This document shows positions 13,066 to 25,400 of a stretch of DNA of 64,000 nucleotides, piece after piece. Where the stretch lies: assembly GCA_964016885.1 (NCBI GenBank), contig OZ024742.1:346022001-346086000 (forward strand), given 5' to 3'. Below the pieces are notes generated by a model that worked only from the letters and a program-made list of their open reading frames with translations, had not been told where the DNA came from and did not search any database. Both the position numbers and the translations under genes were made by a program. Position 1 is the first letter of the stretch. The number at the start of each line of letters is the position of its first letter. This DNA is from Eledone cirrhosa (Eukaryota).

Positions 13066-13277
13066 TATTATGTAAGAATATTTGTTTAGTTACTCTCAGG
13101 TCTCAAATAATCGTCCTCCCCAGCTTATTAATTTTTCAGACATTGTTTCCAGCCCTCGGCTCTTATTCCAACTCCCCACGTTTATTGAAGGTTGTCATTC
13201 TATCTCCCGTGAAATATTATCTTAAGTTGTAACATTCCTGCGACAATTAATTTTCTTTATACATTTCTTTATACAAA

Positions 13278-13465
13278 GGCGATGGATTGGCAGTATCGGT
13301 AGAGGGTCGGACGCCATGCTTTCCAGCATAGTTACGTCCCTTTACGATCTGAGTTCAAATCCCGCCGAGGTTAACTTTGCCTTTCATCCTGACGGGGTCG
13401 ATAAAATAAAGTACCAGTAATACACTGGGTAATTGCTGGCCTTGTGTTTAAAGTAGAAACAATTA
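13278..13465 (+). mobile_element. SINE family A, full length
   Basis: Matches 2642-2833. Confidence 0.85.
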
Positions 13466-13891
13466 ATTTTCTTTATACATTACAAAATATTATACATGAC
13501 AAAAAAAAAGAACATTACAAGAAATCCCATATGTTATAAAATAAATAGGAATGCTTGGGTTCTCTATATGTAAACTAAATGACTAATTCTGGTTTTAAAA
13601 AATCAGGGGAGACAACCTAGAAAATTGATCGATCTTCCATCCCCATCGCTTATTCGAACCCTCAATAACAGATGACAACTAAATATACGATACGCTGCAG
13701 CTTAGCGGCAACATTTAGCTTCTCGCCCCTTTCTTTGGTAGAACGAAAAATGTTGATGAACTGAATCCTCTGTTCGATCATGAATACCACGAGCTTGCCA
13801 GTTACGTAAGTCTGATATTTGATTTTGAATTCATAGAAACACTTTAAACGTATAACGTTTGATTTGTCCACGTGTATTTTTCTCAACATGT

Positions 13892-14082
13892 TAGTTCTTT
13901 CGTTACTTTGGTCTATTGTGTGTTAGATTTTGCCTACCACAATGTTCAATTTGTCAAGTTATTTAAACGTATGTTATTACTCTGAGGACCTACCTTGTCG
14001 AGTGCTTTGCTAACTGATTCACATAGTAGGTCGAATTTGCTTGCACACCGCCAGAGATTCGATTTTACTAAGTATCCAATTA
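13892..14082. repeat. Unclassified dispersed repeat ending in (TA)n; second copy at 36564-36755
   Basis: Shared ttagttctttcgt..caatttgtcaa..tatttaaacgtatgttattactct..ttcgattttactaag. Confidence 0.7.
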
Positions 14083-14310
14083 TATATATATATATATACA
14101 GACCTGATACACACATATATAAATATATACAGATGGCTTGCTACACGCACACATAAAACGCACACAGGAACATGTGTGTGTGTGTGTGTGTGTGCGCGCA
14201 CGCGTGTACATATATAGGTGTAACGGAGTGAAGGGGATGTTTGTAAGATCGTTAAAGTGCATTAGAAACAAATGACTGTTTAAATGTGTATTAAAGTTGA
14301 TAGATAGATA

Positions 14311-16705
14311 TATTTCTTTATTAGCCACAAGGGCGCACAAGAAAAGGGGACAATACAAAGACATGCCGGGGATTTTACATACAGTCGTGTAAAAAATATA
14401 AAAACAAACAATTACAACAATCGAAATCCCCAATAGGGGGAGGCGCCACGAATGGGTTGTTTAATACCCCATCGATAGAACAACCCTCAACTCAAGTGAT
14501 GGCTATCACATCCATACCGTGTGACCTAAGGTCGTTTAAAAGTTGGCCCTGTTTCCAGGGAATCCCTAGGCCCCGCACATTCACGCTTCCAACTCGTAAA
14601 CTAGCCATGTTGGTGAAGAAGGGTTGGAGAAAAAGGATGAAAGGTGCAATTACCTTTTCGTTACCTGGAGATCGGGTTGTTCAATCTCCATTTGGGTGCT
14701 GGATGGGGTGTTGAGTGGGGTGGGAAAACATTTTAACAGGACGCGGTTGACGGGTTTCTGGCAGGGGTTGCCCGCGTCCTGTGAAAATGTATTTTTTAGG
14801 TCATTATAGGTTTCCATAGAAATCCTTATAAGTTTAAGGTGTGGAGACGATTCTGCCATGACGAAAGTTTTGCCCTCCGTCTCCACCTTAGGGTTTTGGG
14901 AGATGACCCCATCAAATTCTTGTTGTTTGTGTTTTTGTTGTGTTGTTTTAATTTGTTGTTCGTCCGGGAGTTTTCTTTTTATGGTGGGTGCTTGTGTTTG
15001 TGGTGGTGTGGTGTTGGTTTTGCTGATAGGGGGATTTTTGACTGTGGTGTTGTTTGTGTTGTTGTTTGTGTCTGTGGTTGTGTGTTGGTGTTCGTGATTG
15101 GAGTTTGGTGGGTTTTGTGGTGTCTCTTTTTTTGTTTTTTAGATTTCCGCGGTTCTCCCTCTTCTTCACTTAAAGAAGGAGAAGCAGCTTCATCCGTCGA
15201 TGAATAATCATCGTCAGGTGTGTGGGGTAGGGGTATGTTGTGTGGTGGTGGTGGTGTTTCGGGGGGTGTGTTTGTGGTAGTGTTCAATGGAGTGGGATGG
15301 GGTGGGGATGTGTTCTTCAGGGGTGTTGTCTCTGTTTTTTCTGTTGTTGTTGGTTGAGTGTCTGTTTGTTTTGGTGTGGTCGCTCGTTTCGTCTGTCGTT
15401 GTACTTGTGGTGGTAGTGGTTGTTTTGGTGTTGGTAATAGTGTCTTTTTAATGATGTTGTTGTTGTGTGTTTGTGGACAAGAGGCTTTTAGGTGTGCTGT
15501 GCTACCACAGCGAAAGCAATGAAATTTTCCTCCTTCTACCGAAATGTTTATTTTGTTGTTATCATCGATGACGACTCTTTCGGGTATTTTGGAGAATCTC
15601 CCCGGCTTCATTTGCAGCAGAATCTCCAAATCAGTACCCGCCCACCTTTGTCGAATACATTTTCGTATCGAAAGAATCATATCAGTTTCTGGCTCTACGA
15701 ATCCAGCGAAGATCCACCAGAAGTTAATGTTTGGGGGTATATTTTTTTTGTGTCCTTTATCCCATGTATGTAGGGAAAAAGGTGAATGCTTTTGACACCA
15801 TTGGTGTCACAGAATGTTTTTGGGTGAGTGCCTCACTTTTAAACGGTACGGAAAAACTTCCGTACTGTTTTCCTCGCTGGAGAAAATCGATATTTGCTAG
15901 AATTTCCTTGAAAGTAGCTTCTATATGTGCTTGGCTAACAAGTGGCGGCTTTCTTGTGGAATTTGACACAGTCCTAAAGGTGACTGATCTGCGAATTGTG
16001 TCTTCCTTTATTTCAAGGGGTGAGTTAATTCTAAACCCACCTTTTTCTTCGAAAGTTACAAATTTTCTCCTTGCTGGGGCATATCTCTTGCATTGGAGAT
16101 ATCAAGGTTTATAAAATCTTGTTTTTTGTACAGTTTCAGCGAAAGACATTTTCTTTTTTTTTTTTCGTGTGGTGTTGCTGTTGTTGTTGTTGTTATCGTT
16201 GTTAGCCTCGGTGTTGGAAATCTCAGTTCCTTGACGAGGTGAAACATTATGTGTAGTTTTATCTGTGGGGTTGTTGATGTCTTTTTCATGTGCATGTATG
16301 TTAATATGTTTCATTTATGTGTTTTCATGTGAGTTAGTGTTATTTTTCTCCGCTTCCACGGTAGAAATTGTACAATTTTCGAGTGGTAACATTTTTTCGT
16401 CTTTGTTGACAGTCGTATCTATGACGACGTCCATAGTAGCAGAAGCAGATATAACGTTAATATCTGCCTCTTTCTCTCTCTTTTCTCTATTGACGTTCTC
16501 CAGCGTTCTTGTGTTGTTCAAGTTATTTACTTTGTAAAATTTGATATTTTAAAACAATTTTTAAAAGAGGCGAAAAATGGGATTACCACCCAGCTGACAA
16601 TTCAGCTTGGGGGTTAATCTACAAAATGTTCTGTTTTTCGTATATAAATTTAGAAAAAATCTTACCGGCGATGTTTCACGCGTCAGACAGAAAGAGAGAT
16701 AGATC

Positions 16706-16712
<7 letters not shown>
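14311..16712 (-). mobile_element. ORF1-only, internally deleted L1/Tx1-clade element
   Basis: Broken ORF1 with CFRCGSTAHLKASC knuckle, homologous to 20434-22381; ORF2 start MASLRVGSVNVRGLGIPWKQ (14608-14495) fused to the 3' UTR; same gtggctaataaagaaa end as its neighbour; GATA flanks. Confidence 0.85.

Positions 16713-16716
<4 letters not shown>

Positions 16717-16775
<59 letters not shown>
16717..16775. repeat. (GATA)n between the two Tx1-like elements
   Basis: Read directly. Confidence 0.95.
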
Positions 16776-16776
<1 letters not shown>

Positions 16777-17012
16777 TTCTTTATTAGCCACAGGGGCACA
16801 AAAGAAGGGGACAAATACAAAGGGGGAAGTTTACATACAATAAAAACGTGTAAAATGTTATCACAGATGGAATTTAAAAGTTAGTCGATTTTCCCCAATA
16901 GAGGGAGACAGTTTATATGGGTAACACAGACCCCCGAAAAAAATGTGCAACCCTCATCTCCAGGAGTACGAAGAGCTTGTACTCCTTTCCTCTCCTCCTC
17001 CTTTTCCTCAAC

Positions 17013-20000
17013 CTACAGGCTGATATAGAGAGAAGGCCCATTCACTCGGGCCATTCTCGCCACTTTCACCCACCTTTCATAAAATTTGCTGGGGTACAGC
17101 ACCTCTCTCTCCATCCTGATTTTTCTTCCAAAGTGGTATTTGAAAAAAAGAATCAGTTGTTGGCCGGAGAGAAAGGTGTCTGACCTCAGCCCTTTCAACC
17201 TTGTCCACCATACAACCTCTTTCGCCATAGCTATCACACAAAGGAAAACCGCCTCTCCTTCGTTTTTGAAGGAGGGTGGCGGTTTGATCATGACAATGGA
17301 CTCGGTGGTCAACTGGATTGGTCCCACCTGCGACAATAGTCGTTCTACATAGCCCCACAGGTCAGTGACGCCCGGGCAGTGTATGAATGCGTGCGCGACG
17401 GTTTCTTCGTCTCGCACGCACCTCGGACAGATCTTTTTTGCAGGGTCCCTGCCCGGGCGCCCATGTCTATAGAGCTTGTCTCGAACTGGTAGAGCTCCTC
17501 GGTAGCACTGCCAGGGACTTTTGGAAGTTGTCCATCGGTCCCGGGCGGAAGGTCCTACCGAACAGTCTGGCCAGTTCATCTTCCTCTACGCCTAGAGTTT
17601 CACCGAGCGCGTCGTCGCACTTGCTGCGGATCAACCTTCTATAGAATGACGAAGTGGAGTCTCCACTGATCGCCGGGTCCGCCTGCCAGAGGGCTGTGAG
17701 CGCTTGAGCACATTCGATGTGCCAGTCGCCCATTTTCCTCGGTCTTTGCTTGACCCAGCACTGCAGCTCGGTCAGCAAGACGAGTTGGGGGAAGGCTCGC
17801 CTCACGAACGGGGCCCACAGCCTGAGCGCGTGTTTGGGCATCGTCAACCACGGCATCCCCAGTCCTCCGTTAGAAGGGTGTTGGCAGCAGATGGCTCTTC
17901 TCACCAAAGGAGCCCGTCTCTTCCAAAGGAATCGGAAGAGCGCGCGCTCCATTTTGGCGAGCGTTTTGGCTGGACAAGGCACGACGGTCAAGCGGTAGTA
18001 GATGGCGGACGCTATAAAAGTGTTCGCCACCTCCGCTCGACCTTTCAAGGATAGTTTGCACTCGGCCCACTTCTGGGTGAGTACAAACACATTGGCCGTC
18101 ACTTCGTTCCAGTTCTTCTCCACCTGGAGGTCCGGACCAAACCAGACCCCGAGCAGCTTTACCGGTCCTTCCGTCCAGCGTCCGACGACGCCATCGGAAG
18201 GCATTGGTTTGCCTCTCCACGATCCGAGTTGCAAACCGATGGACTTGTCCCGGTTCAACTTCGCTCATGTGAAACTTTCGTATTCCTTCAGTAAGGTGCC
18301 GACTTCCTCGATTTGCGAGGCGCTCGACACCATTACTGTCACGTCGTCGGCGTAGGCCTACGCGGCTTTCCGCAGTCCCGGTTCCAGAGGGATGCCCTGC
18401 AATAGCTCCAACTTCCGCAGCAGTGGCTCGAGAGTCAGTACGTACAGATGGCTGGAGAGAGGGCATCCCTGTCGAATGGATCGCGTAATATGGAACGGCT
18501 CCGATAGGTAGCCGTTCACCTTGACCCTTGAGCAGATGTTGCTGTTGTGCATTGCAGCAATCCAGCCCCTGAACACGGGTCCGAAGCCTGCCGCATCGAG
18601 CACCGCATCCAGTTAACGATGGTCAACCCTATCGAAAGCCTTAGACTGATCCAAGCTGATCAGGGCCCCACCGAAGCCGGGTTTACACCCTACCCTCTCT
18701 ATGATGTATCGCATGAGGTGTAGGTTGTCGTGTATGGACCTGATCGGGATTGCGCATGTCTGCACTTCTCCCACCAGGTTCTCGACGACAAGCGCCAGCC
18801 TTTTTGCCAACACCTTGGCCAAAATCTGTAACTCTGTGTCTAGCAGAGTTATGGGCCGGAAGTTGCCTATGTCATCCCTCTTATTCTCGTCCTTCCTGAC
18901 TAGTGTGACTACGCCCCCGGTTACAGAACTGGGAATTCTCCCGTTCTGTTGCCAGTTGCAGTAGACCGCTTCCAGGAGACCGGAGAATAAGTCCGGCATT
19001 GCTACGTAAAATTCGTACGGTAGACCGTCGAGACCTGGAGATTTGCGTTTGCCGCATTGGCTCAGCGCGTCCCCTATCTCAGCGGCTGAAATCGGCTTTT
19101 CGCTGTCCGAGAGTCGCGGTAGGCCGTCGAGGTATGGACCGAAATCCATAGCCCATCCCGGCGCGCCGCCCCGCCCGAAGAATTGAGCAAAGTGCCGCTG
19201 AAAGGCCGCACACATCTGCTTCGGCTCACGTATCACGCGTCCGTTTTGGTCCTTCAAAGACCGAATCGTGGACTTGTTGCCACTTTTTGCCTCCGTCACT
19301 TGGGCCCAGCTAACAGCTTTGGCTCCCTCGTTTCCCAGAGCACGTATTTTGCTTCTGACAACGCAGCCCTCGTGCTTTGCGTCGAAGAACTGGTCCAAGG
19401 CCGTTCTCGTTGCTAGCACGCTGGCTACGTTGCCACATCTAATTGCCTCTTCTACTTTAACTACCAGTTCCTTCTCGGTTCTATTTCTATCTAACGCTAA
19501 TTCTTTACTAAAAACTAACGAGTGTTATCTAACTGCCCTCTTGAGAGAGTACCACCATCTGTTGTTGACAATGGCCCCTGTCAAGTGCTGTTTAACTAAA
19601 GTGCTAATCCGTCTACTGTAGGCTTTGCTTGTCGGTAACGACAAGTTCAGCTTCCAGTAGCCGGGTCCTTGTCTATGGGTTCTATCAAAGTTGGCCATGC
19701 AGGTCACTAGTTTGTGATCTGAATAGGCAACCATGAACATTTGTGGACAGCTTAACATATCCCTATCCTTATTTCTAACTAGAACCCTATCTAGGTACGA
19801 TCTAGATGTTCCGCTGCGATTAGTCTACGTCCACAGTGGCACAGTCGGAAAATCTAGTCGATATCTATCGGCCAGGTCAAATCGGTCGGTTAACTGTTTG
19901 AGGCTATTACACACCCCTTTATCGGGACATGCTCCCACATAGTCCCAGCGTGCATCTAAGATTCCATTCCAGTCCCCCACTAAAAGCAAGGAGCGGGACG

Positions 20001-20396
20001 TTCCCAGAAAAGTCTCTAGACGTTTGCAGAAGTCTGGCCGCGGTGTTCCGGATGGGGCATATGCGGCCACCAACCTGAAGGCTTCACCTTCACTACCGTC
20101 AACGTCTAGGACCACCAGTCGACCCTCCGGGTCCAGATGTACCCTCTGTGTTACGAGGCCCAGGTGTTTCCGCACCAAAACGGCAACTCCGCGCCCCCAC
20201 CCCCCGGTTGACAGAGAGATGCGTAGATCTCAAAGTCATCGAAGATGGGGGCCAGCTGTCGCTCGCTGTGGATCCTGGACTCGCAAATGGCTACCACATC
20301 CATACTGTGCGACCTGAGGTCGTTTAAGAGTTTGCCCTGTTTCCAGGGCATTCCCAGGCCGCGTACGTTCACACATCCAACTCTTATATTGGCCAT
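17013..20396 (-). pseudogene. Tx1-like ORF2 (AP endonuclease, RT, C-terminal zinc finger), frameshifted
   Basis: NVRGL, LLVGDWN, YSDHKLV, GPGYWKLN, KSPGLDGLPYEFY, FRPITLL, LDQSKAFDRVDH, RQGCPLS, AYADD (~18340-18357), CPRC..EETVAHAFIHC. Confidence 0.93.
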
Positions 20397-20433
20397 GTTG
20401 GTGCTGAAAAGTTAAAAGAGGAAAAGAGATCAC

Positions 20434-22381
20434 TCACCCTTCGTCTCCTGGGGACCAGGCTGCACGATTTCCATGGGGTGTTGGAGGGGTTGTCTGGGTG
20501 GGTGGTGGTTTCCGACGGGGTAAGGTAGGGTCTGGTGGGATGGGGGTGTCTTGGGTGGGGAGACATTTGAGAAAGACGCGGTTAAGTGGTTTCACGCAGG
20601 AATTCCCCACATCCTTTTCAAATGTTTCTTTTAGGGACCCATAAGTTTGTATAGGGACCCTAATCAGTTTTAGGTTCAGTTTTTTGTTATTTTTAATAGA
20701 GTGGGCGAAAGTTTTCCCTTCGGTTTTCACCGAAGGGTCGTTCGTGATGGTCTCCATTAGTGTTTTGTTTTCAGTGTTTATGTAAGTGTAAGTGTAATTT
20801 TCTTGTGTTGTGTTTGTTTTTGTCTGTAGTTCTTGTGTGTGCTTTCGTTTTGTTGTAGGTATTTTGTTTTCAGGAGGTGGGGGTTTTGTTTGTGATATTT
20901 TTGTTGTTTGTGTTGATGGTTGTATGTTTGTGGTAGTGTTTGCTGGTTTTTTGCTTTTGTGATATCTTTTCTTTCTTTACGAGCGATGGGGTTCTCCTCC
21001 TCTTCACTGGGTGATGGCGAGATAGCCTCATCTGTTGTATCGTCTGTGTGATTGGGGAGGGGTATGTCTTGGGGAGCTGTTGTGTCTGTATGTGATTTTG
21101 CAGTGGTTTTAGGTGGAGTGGGTTTGGGTGTGGCTGTGTTTGTTGTGGTTATTTTTGTGTGTTGGTGTTGTTGTTGTTGTGGTGGTGTTGGTGGTTGTGT
21201 TGTTTTGATGGGTGTCGGCAGAAGAGCCTTATTTTTACTCATTAATTTAGGACAGGAAACCCTCAGGTGACCTCTGCTAAAGCAATGGTAACATGAACGC
21301 CGCCTACCCTCAACCGAAAAGTTTATGTAGGTGAGTCCGTCCAGGAGTACACGTTGTGGGATCATAGCTATTCGCTCTGGGCTCATTTCCACCAGAACTT
21401 CAACGCTAGTCCCATTGAATACATCTCTGGGGGACTTTCCTACTGACAGTATTCTGTCTTCATCAAATTTGATGAAGCCGCACAGTATACACCATATGTT
21501 CACCTTTGGTGTGACACTCGTGATTTTAATCTTTTGTGTCCTTTTTCCCATGTATGTAGGGAAAAAGGTATACAGATTGGATACAATTGGCGACACAGAG
21601 TAATTTTGGGCCAGCAATTGATCCTTCATGAGTACCGAAATACTCCAAAAGAGTTTGCTTCTTTGAATGAATGCAATATCATTCATTGTATTTTTGAAAA
21701 CCAGGCAATTTCTTTCTGTGACAATTGGACTGGTTTTCGGGTAGAATTGGTAACTGTCCTAAAAACTATCGTTTTGAGAGCAGTTTCCTTGCGAATTTCT
21801 ACCGGAGAATTGATGGTGAAAGCACCATTTTTTTCGAAAGTGACATATCTCCTAGCGTCCTTTAAAGGTTGTTCGGCATTTGTTATGTCGAGATATGTCA
21901 GTTCCTCCTTTTTCTGCACTGTCTGTGCAAAGGAGATTTTTGGTTTCTTTGTGGAATTATCCGTATTGGTGGTGTTGTCATTATTGTTGTTATTGTTGTT
22001 GTTATTCTTGTTGTCACTGATGTTGATATTATTCGTATTTTCCTTGGTGTTGGTGTTGGTGTTGTTGTTGTCTTTGATGCTGGTGTTATTGGTGTTGTCT
22101 TTATTTTTTTCTTTGTTGTTGTTGTCATTGTTGTTTTTATCATCATTATTGGTGTTGTTGTTATTTTTGTTGTCATTTGTGTTGTTTGGATATGAATTTG
22201 TTTTTACAAATTCATTTCCTCTTTCCATCTCCATAGTATCTAGGGAAGAAGACGATGTTGACTGCGAGCTATGTAGTCTTACCAACTCTCCACCACCATT
22301 ATCGTTGAACGCAGCGTTCATAACGTAATCAAACTTCTTACGATATTTTTTCAAAAATTCGATGGAGAAAAAATGTTTCAA
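20434..22381 (-). pseudogene. Tx1-like ORF1 (Asn-rich N-terminus, CCHC zinc knuckle), interrupted
   Basis: CYHCFSRGHLRVSC; FFPTYMG and TEGKTF motifs shared with the 14650-16521 ORF1 pieces. Confidence 0.85.
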
Positions 22382-22552
22382 ACGAATATTTCGCCCCTGT
22401 AGGGGCGAAAATGAGTTGAGCCACCACCTTAGAGTCCGGACAGGGGGGTCAAGTTACACAATAATATAAAATTTAACTGAAAACTCACGTTTTTTTCTTA
22501 CATAAAATAACGGCAACTTCTCCGCGAAGTTACACACGTCTGGTAGAGAGAG

Positions 22553-22634
<82 letters not shown>
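22553..22634. repeat. (GATA)n at the 5' flank of the Tx1-like element
   Basis: Read directly. Confidence 0.95.
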
Positions 22635-22635
<1 letters not shown>

Positions 22636-22994
22636 AAGCTGTAAGAAGAGATAATTAAAGTCAACGTTACGATAAAATGTTTTACAATAGAAACAACACA
22701 ACACAATGTTTTAGGTATGGTTGTTAGAATTTCAAAATGAATTAATCTCTCGACTTTCTACAGAACTGCTTATAAATGTACATATTAATGAAAGTTAGTA
22801 AATAGGGATTCCTCATAATGTATTCTAAATACCTTCTGGCTTACGAGGTATTTTGGTTTTTTAATTCGTACATGAACACAGTTTTTCTAAATTAAAATGG
22901 ATGTAATCTTGTTTATTTCTGTGGTTTTATTTTTAGGAGAAAATGGACATAAATAAACTACAAGAAAGACAGTTACAACAACTACAATAATAAT

Positions 22995-23210
22995 AATTGT
23001 TTCTACTATAGGCACAAGGCCAGCAATTTTGGGAAAGGGAATAGTCGATTAAATCGACCCCAGTGCATTACTGGTGCTTTATTTTATCCACCCTGTAAAG
23101 ATGAAAGGCACAATTAACCTCAGCGGGATTTGAACTCAGAACGCAAATGGACGTAACTCTATGCTACAAAGCATGTTATCCGACGCTCTACCGATACTGC
23201 CAATCCACTA
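22995..23210 (-). mobile_element. SINE family A
   Basis: Reverse-complement match including gggatttgaactcagaacg..ccgatactgccaatcca. Confidence 0.85.
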
Positions 23211-23224
23211 ATCTGAATCACTAT

Positions 23225-23745
23225 GTGTCAACATTTAATAACAAAGGAAAGTAGAAAGTTTGCGGAAGAATTGGGGAATACATTTTGAAAATGATGGCGA
23301 TTCTGCAATTAAAACTGCAGAACATCAAGATGTTGGAAAAACATGAAGGTCAACAGAGACTGCGCACTAAATGGGAGAGAAAGCCACTGCATTACAATAT
23401 ATTCTCCGTAGCAAAGAACCTGATGTAGATCAACTTCTCACCCATCAGTGGCTGCGGAGTTCCGAGCTAAAAGCAGAGAGCGAGGGCTTCATTTTGGATG
23501 CACAAACCAGTGTCTTCTGACGAGCAACTTTCAAGACAATGTGATCAGAAATGGAATTGACACCAAGTCTCGATTCGGCAATGAGCATGTTGAGACCATT
23601 GACTATCTGGTTTCAGATTGCAAAATATTAGTTCCCCAGGAATACAAAACAAGGCATGATAGATTAGGGTATTATTTACACTGGGTAATATTCAAGATTT
23701 ATGGTATAAAAACAGGGAAAATGGTACAACTGTCACCCATAACAG
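23225..23745 (+). mobile_element. R4/Dong-like non-LTR retrotransposon fragment (post-RT region)
   Basis: PDVDQLLTHQWLRSSELKAESEGF, ETIDYLVSDC, EYKTRHD..YLHW. Confidence 0.75.
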
Positions 23746-23749
23746 TGTT

Positions 23750-23895
23750 CACAGGGAAGTGAAACTTGAAAAAGTTGATGATGAGGGATTGGCGGAAGAG
23801 AAAAGTGTCTGTCTTCAGTCCTTTCAACCTGGTCCACCATACAACCTCTTTCGATACTGCCACCAGACAGAGGAAAATTTCCTACCCTTCCTGGC
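23750..23895 (-). mobile_element. Tx1-like ORF2 3' fragment
   Basis: cctttcaacctggtccaccatacaacctctttcg matches 17190-17225. Confidence 0.75.
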
Positions 23896-23989
23896 CAATA
23901 GTAATAATAACAAGAATAACAAGAATAATAACAGCAATAAACAGAACTCATATGGGTGAAAAGACTAACTATTAGTTAATTAGATGATT

Positions 23990-24305
23990 CTAGAAAATTG
24001 TCGGTCCCCCCAAAAAAAAATCGAAGCACTGCTTGGATTGATTATAGGAAAGCCTGTGGCAGCTGGTTTGGACACGCTTTGAGACTTCCCTCGGAGAGAC
24101 TGGCGAACCAAGTACTTAAATAGAGCCCGCAGGGAAGCAGACGGAGAGGGCGACCAAAGATGAACTGGCGCCAGGCAGTTGAGAGGGACCTGCGAGCGAC
24201 AAACAGACAATGGCGGGACGCTTTGCAACTGGCTGCTGACCGAACGCGATGGAACACTATGAGTGCCTCATGCGTCGCAAGACGCGGGTCTTCTGAGTCT
24301 CAGTC
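23990..24305 (+). mobile_element. RTE-clade LINE 3' fragment
   Basis: WFGHALR..SPQGSRRRGRPKMNWRQAVERDL..LAADRTRW, typical of the RTE C-terminus. Confidence 0.8.
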
Positions 24306-24309
24306 TAGC

Positions 24310-25400
24310 AGTGAACCACATGAATGGATATTGGAAGCTCTAGAAATTTACAAAATATCTCCCATAATATCTAATTATTTACGAGTAGAATGACAAAATG
24401 GAATACAACCCTCTATTTAAACCACAACAAAGGAGTCATAAAGTCAGATAAAATTAAAATTTATTGCGGAATATTCTAAGGTGACCCCTCTCCCCTCTTC
24501 TCTTTTGCCTTGCTCTTTTTCCAATATCCATTGATCTCAACAACGTGGGATGCAGGTATATGATGAACGACAACAATAAGATTGTTAACTGTTTGTTTTT
24601 ATGGATGATCTAAAATTGTATGCTAAATGTGACCAACAGTTAGAAGGACCTCTAACAACTGTGAAGTAATTTAGTAATAACATTAGCATGGAATTTGACC
24701 TTGACAAATGCGCCAAAGCAACGTTTAAAAGAGGAAAGCCAATAAAGCCACCAAATGTTAAACTCGATATAGATACAACGACCCAGAAGATACCTATAAA
24801 TATCTTGACATACACGAAGATGATAGAATTAAATACAATCAAATGAAGGAGAAAATACGGAAAGAATATTACAGAAGAGTAAGGCAGATCCTGAAAACTG
24901 AACTAAATTCTAAAAACAGTTTCCAGGCTATAAACACCTTAGCTGTACCAGTGATACAATACAGTTATAACAACATCAATTGGAAATTATCTGATCATCA
25001 AAGAATGGACACCAAAACTCAAAAGCTCCTTACAGGCAACAAAATGCATCATCCAAGGTAGTCGTAAATCTTATATATTTGCCAAAACAAGAAGAGGGAA
25101 GAGGACTAATCCAACTGTAACTGTTGTATAAAATAACGATACCACCTAAATAATAAAGATGACCTAATTCCAACTAAGGTAGCAAAAACCCACAGAAGCA
25201 CGTCTAAAACATTTAGAGATAGATGGCAACAAACCTCTACTTGGCCAATTACCACTTCGCACCAAAGATGCTGATGTAGATCAAGCAGACACCCATCAAT
25301 GGCTTCGAAGTTCGGGATTAAAAGCTAAAACAGAAGGCGTTATTTTTGCTGCCCAGGACCAGAGCCTCTTTACTAGGAATTATCAGGAAAATATTATAGC
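24310..25400 (+). mobile_element. R4/Dong-like RT fragment, decayed
   Basis: PHEWILEAL, FMDDLKLY, LDKCAK, LKTELNSKN..AINTLAVPV, MHHP, HQWLRSSGLKAKTEG..AAQDQSL. Confidence 0.82.

Larger units (their letters stand above)
16776..22545 (-). mobile_element. Full-length decayed L1/Tx1-clade non-LTR retrotransposon
   Basis: ORF1, then APE-RT-zinc finger ORF2; AATAAA followed by (TCTA)n; (GATA)n on both sides. Confidence 0.93.

Noticed and set aside
11670-13890. Host exons in AT-rich unique-looking stretches (also 34290-35240 and 54170-54740)
   Set aside because: No recognisable protein motifs or convincing exon structure; small exons cannot be excluded without RNA data
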